Shown in pieces: positions 1 to 9,650 of a stretch of DNA of 64,000 nucleotides (positions are counted from its first letter, which is position 1; every line of letters begins with the position of its first letter). This DNA is from a virus: the IMG/VR virus record IMGVR_UViG_3300045988_154248; one strand, written 5' to 3'. A program made the translations under genes and the position numbers. Under the pieces are notes generated by a model. It was given only the letters and a program-made list of their open reading frames with translations. It searched no databases and was not told where the DNA came from.

Positions 1-599
1 GAATAGCTTGATTGTTCAATCCCTACTAAATAATATTGGCTATCACGATTAATAAATATCGGTGATCCGCTTGATCCACTAAAGCATTCCATATCCACAA
101 GGAAACGTTCCAATCCATTAAATTTTGATTTTAGAGGTGTCGCAATAACGCCACTTCGAATAAGTGGAGTGATAAAATTATCAGACTGAAATGATAACGG
201 ATATCCAATCATTAACGCATATTCAATTGAAGATATTGGAAAATCTTCCGTTATAATATCTTCTTTTGTAATCCAAGATATTTTTAGCTTTCCTACATAT
301 TCTGGTGAATCGATTAGATCATTTATTCCAATTACTGCAACGTCATATTGTGGATGTAAATATGGTTGGATACGTATTTCATTGTTTAGAAGATTCACTT
401 GATCGTTTTGCTCAATAGGGACAGAAAACAAAGCGTTTTTCATATTCTCAAATATATGCCTATTCGAGACTAATGCATAATTTTCTCGATTATTTGCATG
501 GTATTTATAGAAAAATCCTGTACCAATTTTACATTCATCATTTTCTTTTAATACAGTAATTTTTGTTACAGTATGAATCAAATTCTCTTTTGTAAGCAT
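1..599 (-). CDS. trypsin-like (chymotrypsin-fold) serine protease; 3' end lies outside the window
   Basis: Manual minus-strand translation from ATG 599-597, with AAGGAG upstream: MLTKENLIHTV... It shows His (VSNRHI), Asp (YDVAVIG) and Ser (CFSGSSGSPIF) catalytic-triad contexts. Confidence 0.7.
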   Translation of the reverse strand, partial: MLTKENLIHTVTKITVLKENDECKIGTGFFYKYHANNRENYALVSNRHIFENMKNALFSVPIEQNDQVNLLNNEIRIQPYLHPQYDVAVIGINDLIDSPEYVGKLKISWITKEDIITEDFPISSIEYALMIGYPLSFQSDNFITPLIRSGVIATPLKSKFNGLERFLVDMECFSGSSGSPIFINRDSQYYLVGIEQSSY

Positions 600-627
600 A
601 TTTTACTTCTCCTTAATTAGAAAGCAG

Positions 628-969
628 GTGATTATTATCAATCAAACAGCAAACAAAACAGATCATCAGGAATCTATACAAACAATACACACAATAGAAT
701 TAACCACTAATGAGTATAATACAATCAAATATTTTTTTGAAAATATGGAGTCTTTATATAACTATGGACTGATTGATAAGGAAATTGTCCCATATAAAAT
801 TTTCTCCAATGCAAAAAATCATTTTATGAAAAAGCCAAAAATTACAATTACTAATTTAAAAATGACAAAAGCTTCAGATACTATTACTCATCTAGTTTGT
901 GGTGATCAAAGTGTTAAATCTGTTTATCAAATAGCTACTTCTCCGTCACAAGAGGATATTGTTCTCTAA
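628..969 (+). CDS. hypothetical protein, opposite strand to the two flanking protease genes
   Basis: A 113-codon open frame in very AT-rich DNA fills the 335-nt gap between the protease genes. It has a GTG start and no clear SD. Confidence 0.3.
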   Translation: MIIINQTANKTDHQESIQTIHTIELTTNEYNTIKYFFENMESLYNYGLIDKEIVPYKIFSNAKNHFMKKPKITITNLKMTKASDTITHLVCGDQSVKSVYQIATSPSQEDIVL

Positions 970-1669
970 TAAAATCAAGTATATAAAACGCATATACTTC
1001 CTGAGAAAGACCAAGACTTTCTTCATACTTCTTTTCAAATTCGTCTGTAGTAATTTTAAGAGAACGTATTTTAGCAGAATGATGTATGCCAAGTAGTTTG
1101 TATTTTTCATTAACTTTGATATAAACTGGGCATCCACTTAAACCTTCTTTGGTATTGGCATAAGTGAAGAATCCGTTTTGAAAGTTGAACTGAATAGATG
1201 ATGCAGTATTTCCTTTAATAATAAAAGGATACGCTAAGATTGTGTACCCTAATGCTGCTTGATAGCCAACGAGATAGACATCTTCCAAATCATTAAAACT
1301 TGATCTGTCATCATTTAAAATAATGTCTGATTCTTCTATAAAATGAAAAATTATATTGTATTTATTCAAGGCCTTGATTATTGTATTTGTTATATCGACA
1401 TAGGCGATATCAAGAGAAGGATGTTTTATAGGAGAGACAGTTATATTAAAAGTTATACCTGACATTTCTTCGTTTTCGTCTATAGTGGATATAACAAAAG
1501 ATATATTCATAATATTTTTGTCAAAACAATGACCGCAAGAACAAAGGAAATATGATTCTCCTTGAGATGTTGCTAATTTTATGATAAAACCAGTAAAAGA
1601 GTGTCTTGGTTCTTCAGTATTATCAGCAATAAATACTGTTGTATATTTCAAGTCATTTACACTAATCAT
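935..1669 (-). CDS. trypsin-like serine protease
   Basis: Triad contexts CGHCF (His), LDIAYVD (Asp) and GLSGCPVY (Ser). A GAGAGGAAAA SD lies before ATG 1669. Confidence 0.7.
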   Translation of the reverse strand: MISVNDLKYTTVFIADNTEEPRHSFTGFIIKLATSQGESYFLCSCGHCFDKNIMNISFVISTIDENEEMSGITFNITVSPIKHPSLDIAYVDITNTIIKALNKYNIIFHFIEESDIILNDDRSSFNDLEDVYLVGYQAALGYTILAYPFIIKGNTASSIQFNFQNGFFTYANTKEGLSGCPVYIKVNEKYKLLGIHHSAKIRSLKITTDEFEKKYEESLGLSQEVYAFYILDFIREQYPLVTEK

Positions 1670-1702
1670 ATCAATTTTCCTCTCTTATGTTTTATGGTTA
1701 TC

Positions 1703-2266
1703 TTAAAAATCATACCCACAATTCTTACAGTGAAATTGTTTGCCGATTTTCTCTGATGCAATGCCAAACATATTTGTAGACAGCATACGTTTGAATATAC
1801 CGATTTTCTCGATATTTGTAGATTGACACACTGGACAGTGAGGTTGGTTGGCAGATGTTGGATTTTGATAGTTGTTCTTTTCTCTATATTGTTTTAACCG
1901 CTCTTCTTCTTCATGACGTCTTTTGTTATATGCATTCTCATCAAATTGATTTTCCACATTAAGATCTTTTAGGTCATTAAGAATGCTTTCTTTGTCACAC
2001 CCGTGATGATTTAACAAATCTACCATTTCATACTTAGTTTGTATAAATGGAACGCGACAATATTTACAGTTAACTCTTCTACAATGACCAGCATAATTAA
2101 TTTCATGAACCCCACATCTCGGACAGATAAAACCTCTAGTAAAATCATTAATATTATTTTCTTCTAGATATTTTTTGATTGGTCGTCCACAATGAGGACA
2201 AGTTTCAGCATAGATGCTAACTTCTCTATCACAATCTGGGCAATATATCAAATTTTGAAATCCCAT
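1703..2266 (-). CDS. multi-zinc-ribbon protein with three CxxC...CxxC units
   Basis: The units are CPDC..CPHC, CPRC..CKYC and CPVC..CKNC. The start is placed at the internal ATG 2266, which has GGAGGA 7 nt upstream, rather than the track start at 2287. Confidence 0.65.
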   Translation of the reverse strand: MGFQNLIYCPDCDREVSIYAETCPHCGRPIKKYLEENNINDFTRGFICPRCGVHEINYAGHCRRVNCKYCRVPFIQTKYEMVDLLNHHGCDKESILNDLKDLNVENQFDENAYNKRRHEEEERLKQYREKNNYQNPTSANQPHCPVCQSTNIEKIGIFKRMLSTNMFGIASEKIGKQFHCKNCGYDF

Positions 2267-2542
2267 ATTACATCCTCCAATGCACATTAAATTAATTACA
2301 TTATATCATAATTATTATATAAATCCAACATTATACAATAATTTTATTCGCAGTTAAAAAATTTAGGTGATTTATTTGGTAGTTTTGGAGAATTAAACTT
2401 ACTGAGAAATAAATATGGAAAAAACGCAACATTTGATACATTAAGCAGTACACTACAACAGTCTTTTAACGAGTCTTTTAAAGTTGGGAAAAATGGAATT
2501 AGTGAATTTTCCACAGAGCAAATTAAAACTAAAGCATCTGTA

Positions 2543-5500
2543 ATGGGATTAAATGATGCGTTGACAAAACAAGCATTATCTCTTGCGAATGACGCTGGTT
2601 TATATCAAAAAGCTGCGGCAGGTAATCTTACATTTAGTAAGGCTATAGAATTAAATATAAATAATGCAAGCGATTTAGTTGATGCCTTGATGAGTAGTAA
2701 TTCTGAAGTCTTAAAAAAATATAAAGATAACGATATTGCTGATATGATAGCTAATTCAGGTGAAAAAGGCAGCGCGGCATATAATGAGTTTGTTAAAGAT
2801 CTCATCGATAAAAATCAAGATTTAGGGGACTCAATCGTTGAATTAGCACCCAAAGTAGAAACTACAAAATCCGCATTTTCTGGTTTATCAAACTATTTTA
2901 AAGGACTTTTTGCTACATTTACAAATCCGATTTTCCTTTTAACGACAGCCGTTACCGTAGGGGTTGCGGCATGGCAAGGCTATAACCAATCTGTCCAGGA
3001 ATCCATCCAGCACACGAAAGACTCAATAGCAGAAATAGAGGAACGTAATAAGTCTATTGACGACAATATCAGTAAAGCACAGGAACTAAGGGATTCCCTT
3101 GATTCCGGTACTCTTACAGAGCAAGAAGCTTATAACACGAAGAGTCAATTGCTTGATATCCAAAGTCAATTATCTGATTCTTATGGAGAACAGGCGGATG
3201 GAATTGATCTGGTAAATGGTAAGCTGGATGAGCAGATCGAGAAGATGCAGCAGCTCAAAGTTGAAAATGCGAAAAGCTGGCTGAATGATTCGGATAATGA
3301 GAAGAATTACGAAAAAGCTAAGAAGAAGATGACCAAAGATGATTATGAGTCATTCTTTGGAAATACACCTACTTTATCTTTACTTGGTAATGCACCAGAA
3401 AAAGCCGACTATACAAATTCAGACGTATATAAAGATGCACTGAAACGTTATCAAAATAGCAAATCCCAGATCGAAGAAATCCAGAAAGCAGCAGAAAAAG
3501 CCGGACTAAAACAGTATACAAGTACAAGCACAGGTCAGTTCCAGCTTGGTTTTGAAAATGAAACAGTAACAGGAGCAGATGAAAAATTAAACTCCTTCCT
3601 CGCTACTGTTAAAGAACTGAAACGGCAGTTTGATGATGAGGGTAAAAATACTGATTACTTTGATAATATCATCAGTTCCGCCGAAGATGCCGAATCTTCT
3701 TATAAGGATATTTTAGACAAGCATCAAGAAGTATATCAAGAGTATCTGAAAAACTCCATGCTTGCAGAGGGTTATGGTAATAATAAGCCAGCCACAGTAT
3801 ACCAGCAATATGCGGATGCTGTAGATAAATATAATGAAGCCCTGCAAAGTGGAGATACATCTAAGGTCGAAGCAGCGAAAACTGCATTAGATGGCGTAAA
3901 AGATTCCGTAGATAATATTGTCAGTAGAGATTCCGGAAAAAAATACAAGGAACTGTTTGATGAGATTGCAGATGGTATTGACACAGCATCCGAAAAAACT
4001 TATGAGTTCAAAGAACGCTTATCCGGTAAAGGTACAGATAAATTAAACAATACTGTGCTTTCTAAGCTCAAAGAGTTGAAGAATTACACAGATATTGACC
4101 TCAAGAGTATCAATCTTGATACAAGTGATGTTGTTGCTGGTAAAGATGCTCTACGCATGGCAGTAAACGAAGCAATGGATCTTGACATTGTTTCCGATGA
4201 TTCTGCTGAAAGTGTGGCAAAAGTTGTTGATCTCTTAACGGATATGGGTATGACGGCAACCGTATCCATGAATCAAGTGGATGATTCCTTCTCAGAAGTC
4301 AATACTACCATTCAGCAAGCACAAGCAAATCTGGAAACGCTCAAGACGATTATGTCTGAATCTGTTTCGGGAGCAGGTATTTCTGCCGATAATGTGAAAG
4401 CATTTAAAGAAATGTTCGGAGATGATGCTGCGCGTGCTTTGGAGAAAACCGCAGACGGTTACCATATCAATCGTGAAGAGCTTGCAAAATTACAGGCGCA
4501 ACAGTCAGAAATGAACAAAGCGGATTATCTTTCCGGTTTGGCAGATCAGCAGGAAGCTCTGAGACAAATCGAGGAGCAGATCGCCGATGCAATGGTAAAA
4601 GGTCAAGATGTCAGCGGCTTACAGGCACAGCGCGAAGGTATTTTGGATAATATTTCCTCTCTGGAGGATCTAGCATATCAGTATCAAACTGCTACTTCTG
4701 CTTATCAACAATGGCAGGATGCTATGTCCGGTGGTGAAGAAGGTAATATGTATGATTCCATCCAGGGTAACATGGAATCCATCAAAGATCTCTACGACAA
4801 AGGACTTGTGGGAGAAAACAAATTCCGAGAGTTTGTTGACCTTATGTCCAATAAGGATCTGACCAATGCCAGTGTGGATGAAATCGTTGCGGCTTATGAA
4901 GAATCCTATCCGAAGATGGAACGTTATTTTACAGAAGGACAGGAAGGATGTCAAGCATTCTTACAAGATATATCCAACCTTAATTCTGAATGGGCGCACA
5001 TGAATGAAGATGGTTCATGGGAGATTAATTTCGGAGTCGGAAACGATCAAGAGATTGCGGATGCATTAGGAATTGATGTGGAAGCTGTACAATCAGTACT
5101 AAGAAAACTGCATGATTTTGGCTTTGACATCGACCTCGATCAGCCGGTTAAATCTTTGGAACAACTAAAGACAGAAGCTCAATCAGCCAAAGAAGCTCTT
5201 GATGGAATGGGTGAAACTTCTCTTGATAGCATCAATTTGGACACAGATTCATTCAGTGAAATCACAGATGATATTGACAAGGTTAAGGAATATATTCAGC
5301 AGATCAATGATGCTGATTTGGAGCCAGAAGTTCGGACAGAGAGACTGGAGCAAGCCAATAATATTCTTGATTATCTGGTACAGAAACAGCAAGAGGCTGG
5401 ACATACAGATATTATCATTGATGCGGATGCAAGTTCTGTCGATCAAAAGATCTCTGATCTGAAGAGTCAACTGGAGCAATTCAGAAACGAAGACGGTACG

Positions 5501-8220
5501 ATTCCTGTTAATGCCGATACACAAGATGCTGTCAACAGTCTGCAATCTTTGTATGCTACGAAGCAAAATCTTGAAAATACACCAGCTATTCTACAGGTTG
5601 ATACTTCGCAGGTTGACGGAGAACTGGGCAATGCGATCGGAAAATTACAGGAATATCAGAATGCTGTAGAGATTCTGAATGCACAGAACACGATGAAAAC
5701 ACAGGGCATCGACATTGATACCACAGATGCACAGCAGAAAGTACAACAGTTGGCAGGACAGCTACAGAATCTTGATGCTGATACGACAGCAAAGTTAGGT
5801 CTTGACGATACTGATTTTCAGTCGAAACTTTCTAATATTGCTACTCATCCGATTGATGTAGGAATAGGGGTAAATCTTGATCCGAATGCTCTTGCCGACG
5901 TCTCTGCAAAGATTTCTGGAATTACGCCAGAATTACTTGTAAAAGCTGGTGTAAACGAAGAGGCGATTGTAAATTATACGCCGAAAGATAAGGACGCTAC
6001 GGTCAAATACAAAGTTGACCATAGTGCGATTGACAGTTATGATCCGGAAGACAAAAATGCTACGGTTACTTACGGTGTGGTTGTTTCTGGACTTGAAAAT
6101 CTACCAGGTAATAAAACAAGAAGTCTGACTTACAATATTAAGACTAATGGTACGGCTCCAAAAGTAAATGGTACGGCACATGCTATAGGAACAGCTCATG
6201 CGGCAGGTACTGCAAGCCGTAATTGGGGGCTTGCTCACAATGAACCACATGCGCTTGTAAATGAATTGAAACCAGAAGCAATCGTTCGGGATGGTAAGGC
6301 GTTTATCTTGAATGGCGGAGATCCTACTTTTGCAAATCTGAAGAAAGATGATGTTGTATTCAACGGTGATCAGACGGAGCAGTTGCTTGAACATGGTTAT
6401 GTTACCGGTTCTCATGCACAACTTGCAGGTGGTGGTTATTCTTTAGGTAGTGCGTTCTCTGGAGGATCGGGAAGATTTAATGTTGGAAGTTCTGGAACAA
6501 AAGCTGATTCTTCCACATGGGAAGACGAAAAGAAACAGAATAATACCAGCCCTAACTCATCTTCTGGTAGCAGTAGTCGTAAAAACAGTGGATCATCTTC
6601 TGGTGGTTCAACTCGATCACCTTCCGGTGGAAGTTCTGGTGGCTCTTCATCCTCTTCTGATGCAAAGTCAACAACAGAAGAAGTAGTTGATTTTATCAAA
6701 ATTATGCTCTCCCGTCTGTCCCGTATGACAGAGCTTGCAACTAATGCAATCGAACGTGCAGTAGGTCTTGCAAATAAACAAGCAGCCGCAGCAGATGCAA
6801 TCGGTAAAGCAACGAATGAAATGGTTCATAACCAACGTGCAGCAGATGCTTATTTGGCAAAAGCTAATAGCATTAGTTTGTCTGATGCTTATAAGAACCA
6901 GATCATGAATGGTAGTATTAATATAGATACCATCACAGATGAAGATCTGAAAAAGAAAATTAGTGACTTCCAAAGCTATTATGAATCTTACTTATCTGCA
7001 AGAGACAATGCGTTAAAGCTCGAAGATAAAATTACCGAACTCGCTGAAAAACGTCTGGAAATCATTGAAAAAGAATATGATGCGATCGTAGACATCAACG
7101 ATGCGATAAAAACCGTAGCCGATTCCAAAATTTCTCTCAACGATGCGCTGGGCGTGGCGATTGACAATCCAGACAATTATGCTAATCTGAATAATTCAAT
7201 CAAAGCACAGGAAGATACTTATAATCAGCTGACGAAAAAGCTTTCCGATTATCAGAAAGAGATGGAGTCTCAACTTTCCAGCGGCTTGATGCAAAAGGGT
7301 TCTGATGCCTATAATTCTGCGCTAAAAAATATTCAAGATTTTACAGCTAAGATTTATGATGCTTCTACCAGCCTTCTTGAACTACGGGATAAATTGGATC
7401 AGATTAAAATTGATACTATCCAGAATGTAATTGACGGAATCAAACGTAATTCGGATATTACGGAGAAATATATTTCTTACCTGCAATCTCAGAATCGTGA
7501 TGTGCCAGAGAATCTATACACTGACCGTATAGATAATAATAACGCTCAGGTACAGCAGAATCTAAAGCAGATGGAAATATACCGGAAGAAACAGGCGGTT
7601 CTTGATGTCAATTCTAAATCGTATCAAGATTATGCAGAAAAGATTCAAACGCTAAAAGAAAATACTTTGGAACTGATTACGGACAATGAATCTCTTCAAG
7701 ATAGTATCTATGAGCTACGATTTAAGCCACTTGACGATGCTATCCAGAAGTACAGTGACCTTGAAGATGAGCTGAAAAGTTTCCGTGACCTTCTGAATGA
7801 TGATGCATTCCTTGATAAGCAAGGACGTATCACGGAAGATGGATTGGCACAGATTGCTCTCTTACAACAGAGTATTGGTACGGCAAAACAAAAAATTGCA
7901 GATTATACCACGGGCCTGCAAAAACTAAAAGAGTCTTATGACAATGGGGTTATTTCCTTAACGGAATATAATGACAAGTCAAAAGATTACCGTGAAGGTA
8001 TTCAAGGTTCGATTGCAGATGTGAAATCATATCAGGACAGTCTGGTTGATCTGTATAAGAATGCTATGAGTACAGAGGTTGATTATCTAACCTCTATTGT
8101 AACGAAGAGACAAGAGGCGCTTCAAGCAAAAGCTGACTATTATTCCTATGATAAATCAATATCCAAAAAGAGCAATGATATTAATGTTATTAAAGCACAA
8201 ATCATGGCTTTAGAAGGGGT
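2543..8220 (+). CDS. tail tape measure protein, exon 1; frame is open upstream to 2342
   Basis: Very long coiled-coil-rich ORF with a TM segment (NPIFLLTTAVTVGVAAW), directly upstream of Dit and Tal. The exon ends at U8220, the group I 5' splice site. The track ORF reads 6 codons into the intron. Confidence 0.85.
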
Positions 8221-8561
8221 GAAATATTTGCTCCTATAAAATCTATTTAATTGCGGGAAGTCCCCATAAGGTTTAATTGGCTACAACGTAACCAGAAACG
8301 GTAGGCGTGAATGCGGTAGAGTTTTAAACTTACAGTCCATTATTAGATAGAAACCATAAAAATAATTAAACTAGGGATAACCGAGTGTGCAAGTCACTCA
8401 GACGCAGCGAACTTCCTAAGTCAGAAATGATATGGAAGACGTTCAGAGACTAACCCATATTGGGTGGCGCAATGCCTTAATGGAAGACTGCAAGCGATTG
8501 GCGGTCGAAAAAATATAGACTATTTGAATATTAAGTGATATTATAATTTTGAGGTGTGTTC

Positions 8562-8577
8562 TTTCCTATAATTAGTG
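8562..8577 (+). promoter_or_regulatory. promoter-like element containing TATAAT, copy 1 of a duplicated 16-mer
   Basis: tttcctataattagtg matches 8793-8808 at 15 of 16 positions. Confidence 0.35.
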
Positions 8578-8792
8578 ATGAACAGATAGAACACAGTGTA
8601 GATACAACCAAAGAGACTCTCGAACACACATATGAGAGAAGTAAGTAGAAGAAAAGACAACGAAATAGAACAATAAAGAAGATTGTGCAAGTTTGTAGAA
8701 GTTATACGAACCATCGTTCGCATGTTTGTGAATTTTGCGAATAGATTTTTCTCTTGGGATTGCATATAATAAAGTCAAGAAAACCGTAAAGT

Positions 8793-8808
8793 TTTCTTAT
8801 AATTAGTG
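8793..8808 (+). promoter_or_regulatory. candidate toxI-toxN promoter -10 region (TATAAT 8798-8803), copy 2 of the 16-mer
   Basis: tttcttataattagtg lies immediately 5' of the first antitoxin repeat. Confidence 0.45.
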
Positions 8809-8906
8809 GTTACGAAGCCATAAAATCGTATTAATAGATGTTACGAAGCATGTAAAAAATCGTATTAATAGATGTTACGAAGCATGTAAAAAATCGTATT
8901 AATAGC
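8809..8906 (+). ncRNA. toxI: type III antitoxin RNA array (ToxI/antiQ-like), about 2.9 tandem repeats
   Basis: Head-to-tail units at 8809-8839 (31 nt), 8840-8873 (34 nt) and 8874-8906 (33 nt) have the form gttacgaagcatgtaaaaaatcgtattaatagat. There are no spacers. A terminator and then toxN follow. Confidence 0.8.
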
Positions 8907-8930
8907 GGAGCTGGTTACAGCTCCTTTATT
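8907..8930 (+). terminator. intrinsic terminator between the antitoxin repeats and the toxin gene
   Basis: Hairpin ggagctg-gtta-cagctcc followed by tttatt. This is the position of the attenuating terminator in ToxIN loci. Confidence 0.7.
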
Positions 8931-8946
8931 ACTATTAGGAGAAAAT

Positions 8947-9507
8947 ATGAAGTGGATTAATGTAGACGAAAAGTATACAGATTATCTTAGAAGTCACGAA
9001 GGAAGAATTCCTATGACCAATTATGGCACAGATAAATACAAGCCATTTTTCGGTGTGCTGTTTGAAACAAATGGTTTGTATTATATTACACAGGTATCAC
9101 ATCCACGGGAAAAACATAAACGCTTGACACAACAAAAAGATTTTTACAAAATATTTGATCCAGATAATACAACAAGATTAATAGCGGTTGTTAATCTTAA
9201 TTACATGTTCCCAATTCCAAAAGAATGTACAAGTGCATTTGTTAAAAAGAATATAGGAACATATCGTACATTTAAATCAGAGAAAGCAAAAAGTCAATAT
9301 ATTAATTTGCTTGATAAAGAATTAAAAGTAATCAATAAAATGGATTTAGGAACAAAAGCATTGCAGTTGTATCATTTAAAATATACAGATCCTAACAGTA
9401 CCGTTTCAAAAAGATGTATTGATTTTAAGGATATGGAAAAATGGGCAAAGTTATATATTGAAACGTTAAATAATACAGAAACTACAGAACAACCCAAGGA
9501 GCAGTAA
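8947..9507 (+). CDS. toxN: type III toxin, ToxN/AbiQ-family endoribonuclease
   Basis: 186 aa, with SD AGGAG before ATG 8947. Recalled ToxN/AbiQ blocks match: MKWINVDEKYTDYLRSHEGRIP, KPFFGVLFETNGLYYITQVSHP, IAVVNLNYMFPIP. Size and repeat-terminator-toxin context also fit. Confidence 0.85.
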   Translation: MKWINVDEKYTDYLRSHEGRIPMTNYGTDKYKPFFGVLFETNGLYYITQVSHPREKHKRLTQQKDFYKIFDPDNTTRLIAVVNLNYMFPIPKECTSAFVKKNIGTYRTFKSEKAKSQYINLLDKELKVINKMDLGTKALQLYHLKYTDPNSTVSKRCIDFKDMEKWAKLYIETLNNTETTEQPKEQ

Positions 9508-9525
9508 ATCTACTGCTCTTTTCTT
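9499..9525 (+). terminator. intrinsic terminator overlapping the toxN stop
   Basis: Stem gagcagta/tactgctc, loop aatc, then ttttctt. Confidence 0.7.
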
Positions 9526-9650
9526 ATACCTCAAATCTTAATTACAATCCCTCAAATAAAATTCAAATAGAAGATATAGTCCCATGCCATACGAAAGTAT
9601 GGGGAGCAGTTATGCTCTTGTCCACGTAGCGAGTGGATGAAAAGAAAATG

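Larger units (their letters stand above)
8221..9650 (+). mobile_element. group I self-splicing intron (IA-like) interrupting the tape measure gene
   Basis: P1: 8215-8220 aggggt pairs with 8230-8235 gctcct, with a U.G wobble at the splice site. P10: 8225-8229 tattt pairs with 9651-9655 aaata. J3/4-P4 is aattgcgggaag at 8249-8260. P4' is cgcag at 8403-8407. The core string aacttcctaagtc...gttcagagactaa (8410-8453) resembles the Tetrahymena core. P8 is a perfect 10-bp helix, 8520-8529 with 9561-9570. J8/7-P7' is aagatatagtc at 9571-9581. P9 is a GAAA hairpin at 9585-9600. The terminal nucleotide is G at 9650. Confidence 0.85.

Noticed and set aside
2605-8239. Numerous 60-135-aa ORFs antisense to or overlapping the tape measure, Tal, ligase, NrdD and DnaE genes in the ORF track.
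   Set aside because: They lie entirely inside long, well-supported genes, lack SD sequences, and have low-complexity compositions typical of shadow frames.
8508-8520. gaaaaaatatagac resembles the J8/7-P7' string and suggested a second or nested intron 3' core.
   Set aside because: tagac cannot pair with the P7 5' strand gacta, whereas tagtc at 9577-9581 can. The segment fits better as the candidate P3' strand (ataga, 8515-8519, pairing with tctat at 8242-8246), followed by the P8 helix.
8541-8778. Two overlapping minus-strand ORFs (74 and 68 aa, hydrophobic) inside the intron P8 loop.
   Set aside because: The + strand is purine-rich here, so the complement automatically yields Phe/Leu/Ser-rich pseudo-membrane frames. 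No SD is present, and the two ORFs overlap each other in different frames.
8809-8906. Tandem repeats considered as a small CRISPR array.
   Set aside because: The units are directly head-to-tail with no spacers, there are only about 3 copies, and a terminator plus a ToxN-family gene follow. This is the type III antitoxin layout.
8928-8936. attactatt upstream of toxN matches the shufflon core in inverted orientation.
   Set aside because: Only 8 of the 9 invariant core positions match (its reverse complement is TAATAGTAA). It lies 9 kb from the array and has no cassette context, so it is most likely chance in AT-rich DNA.
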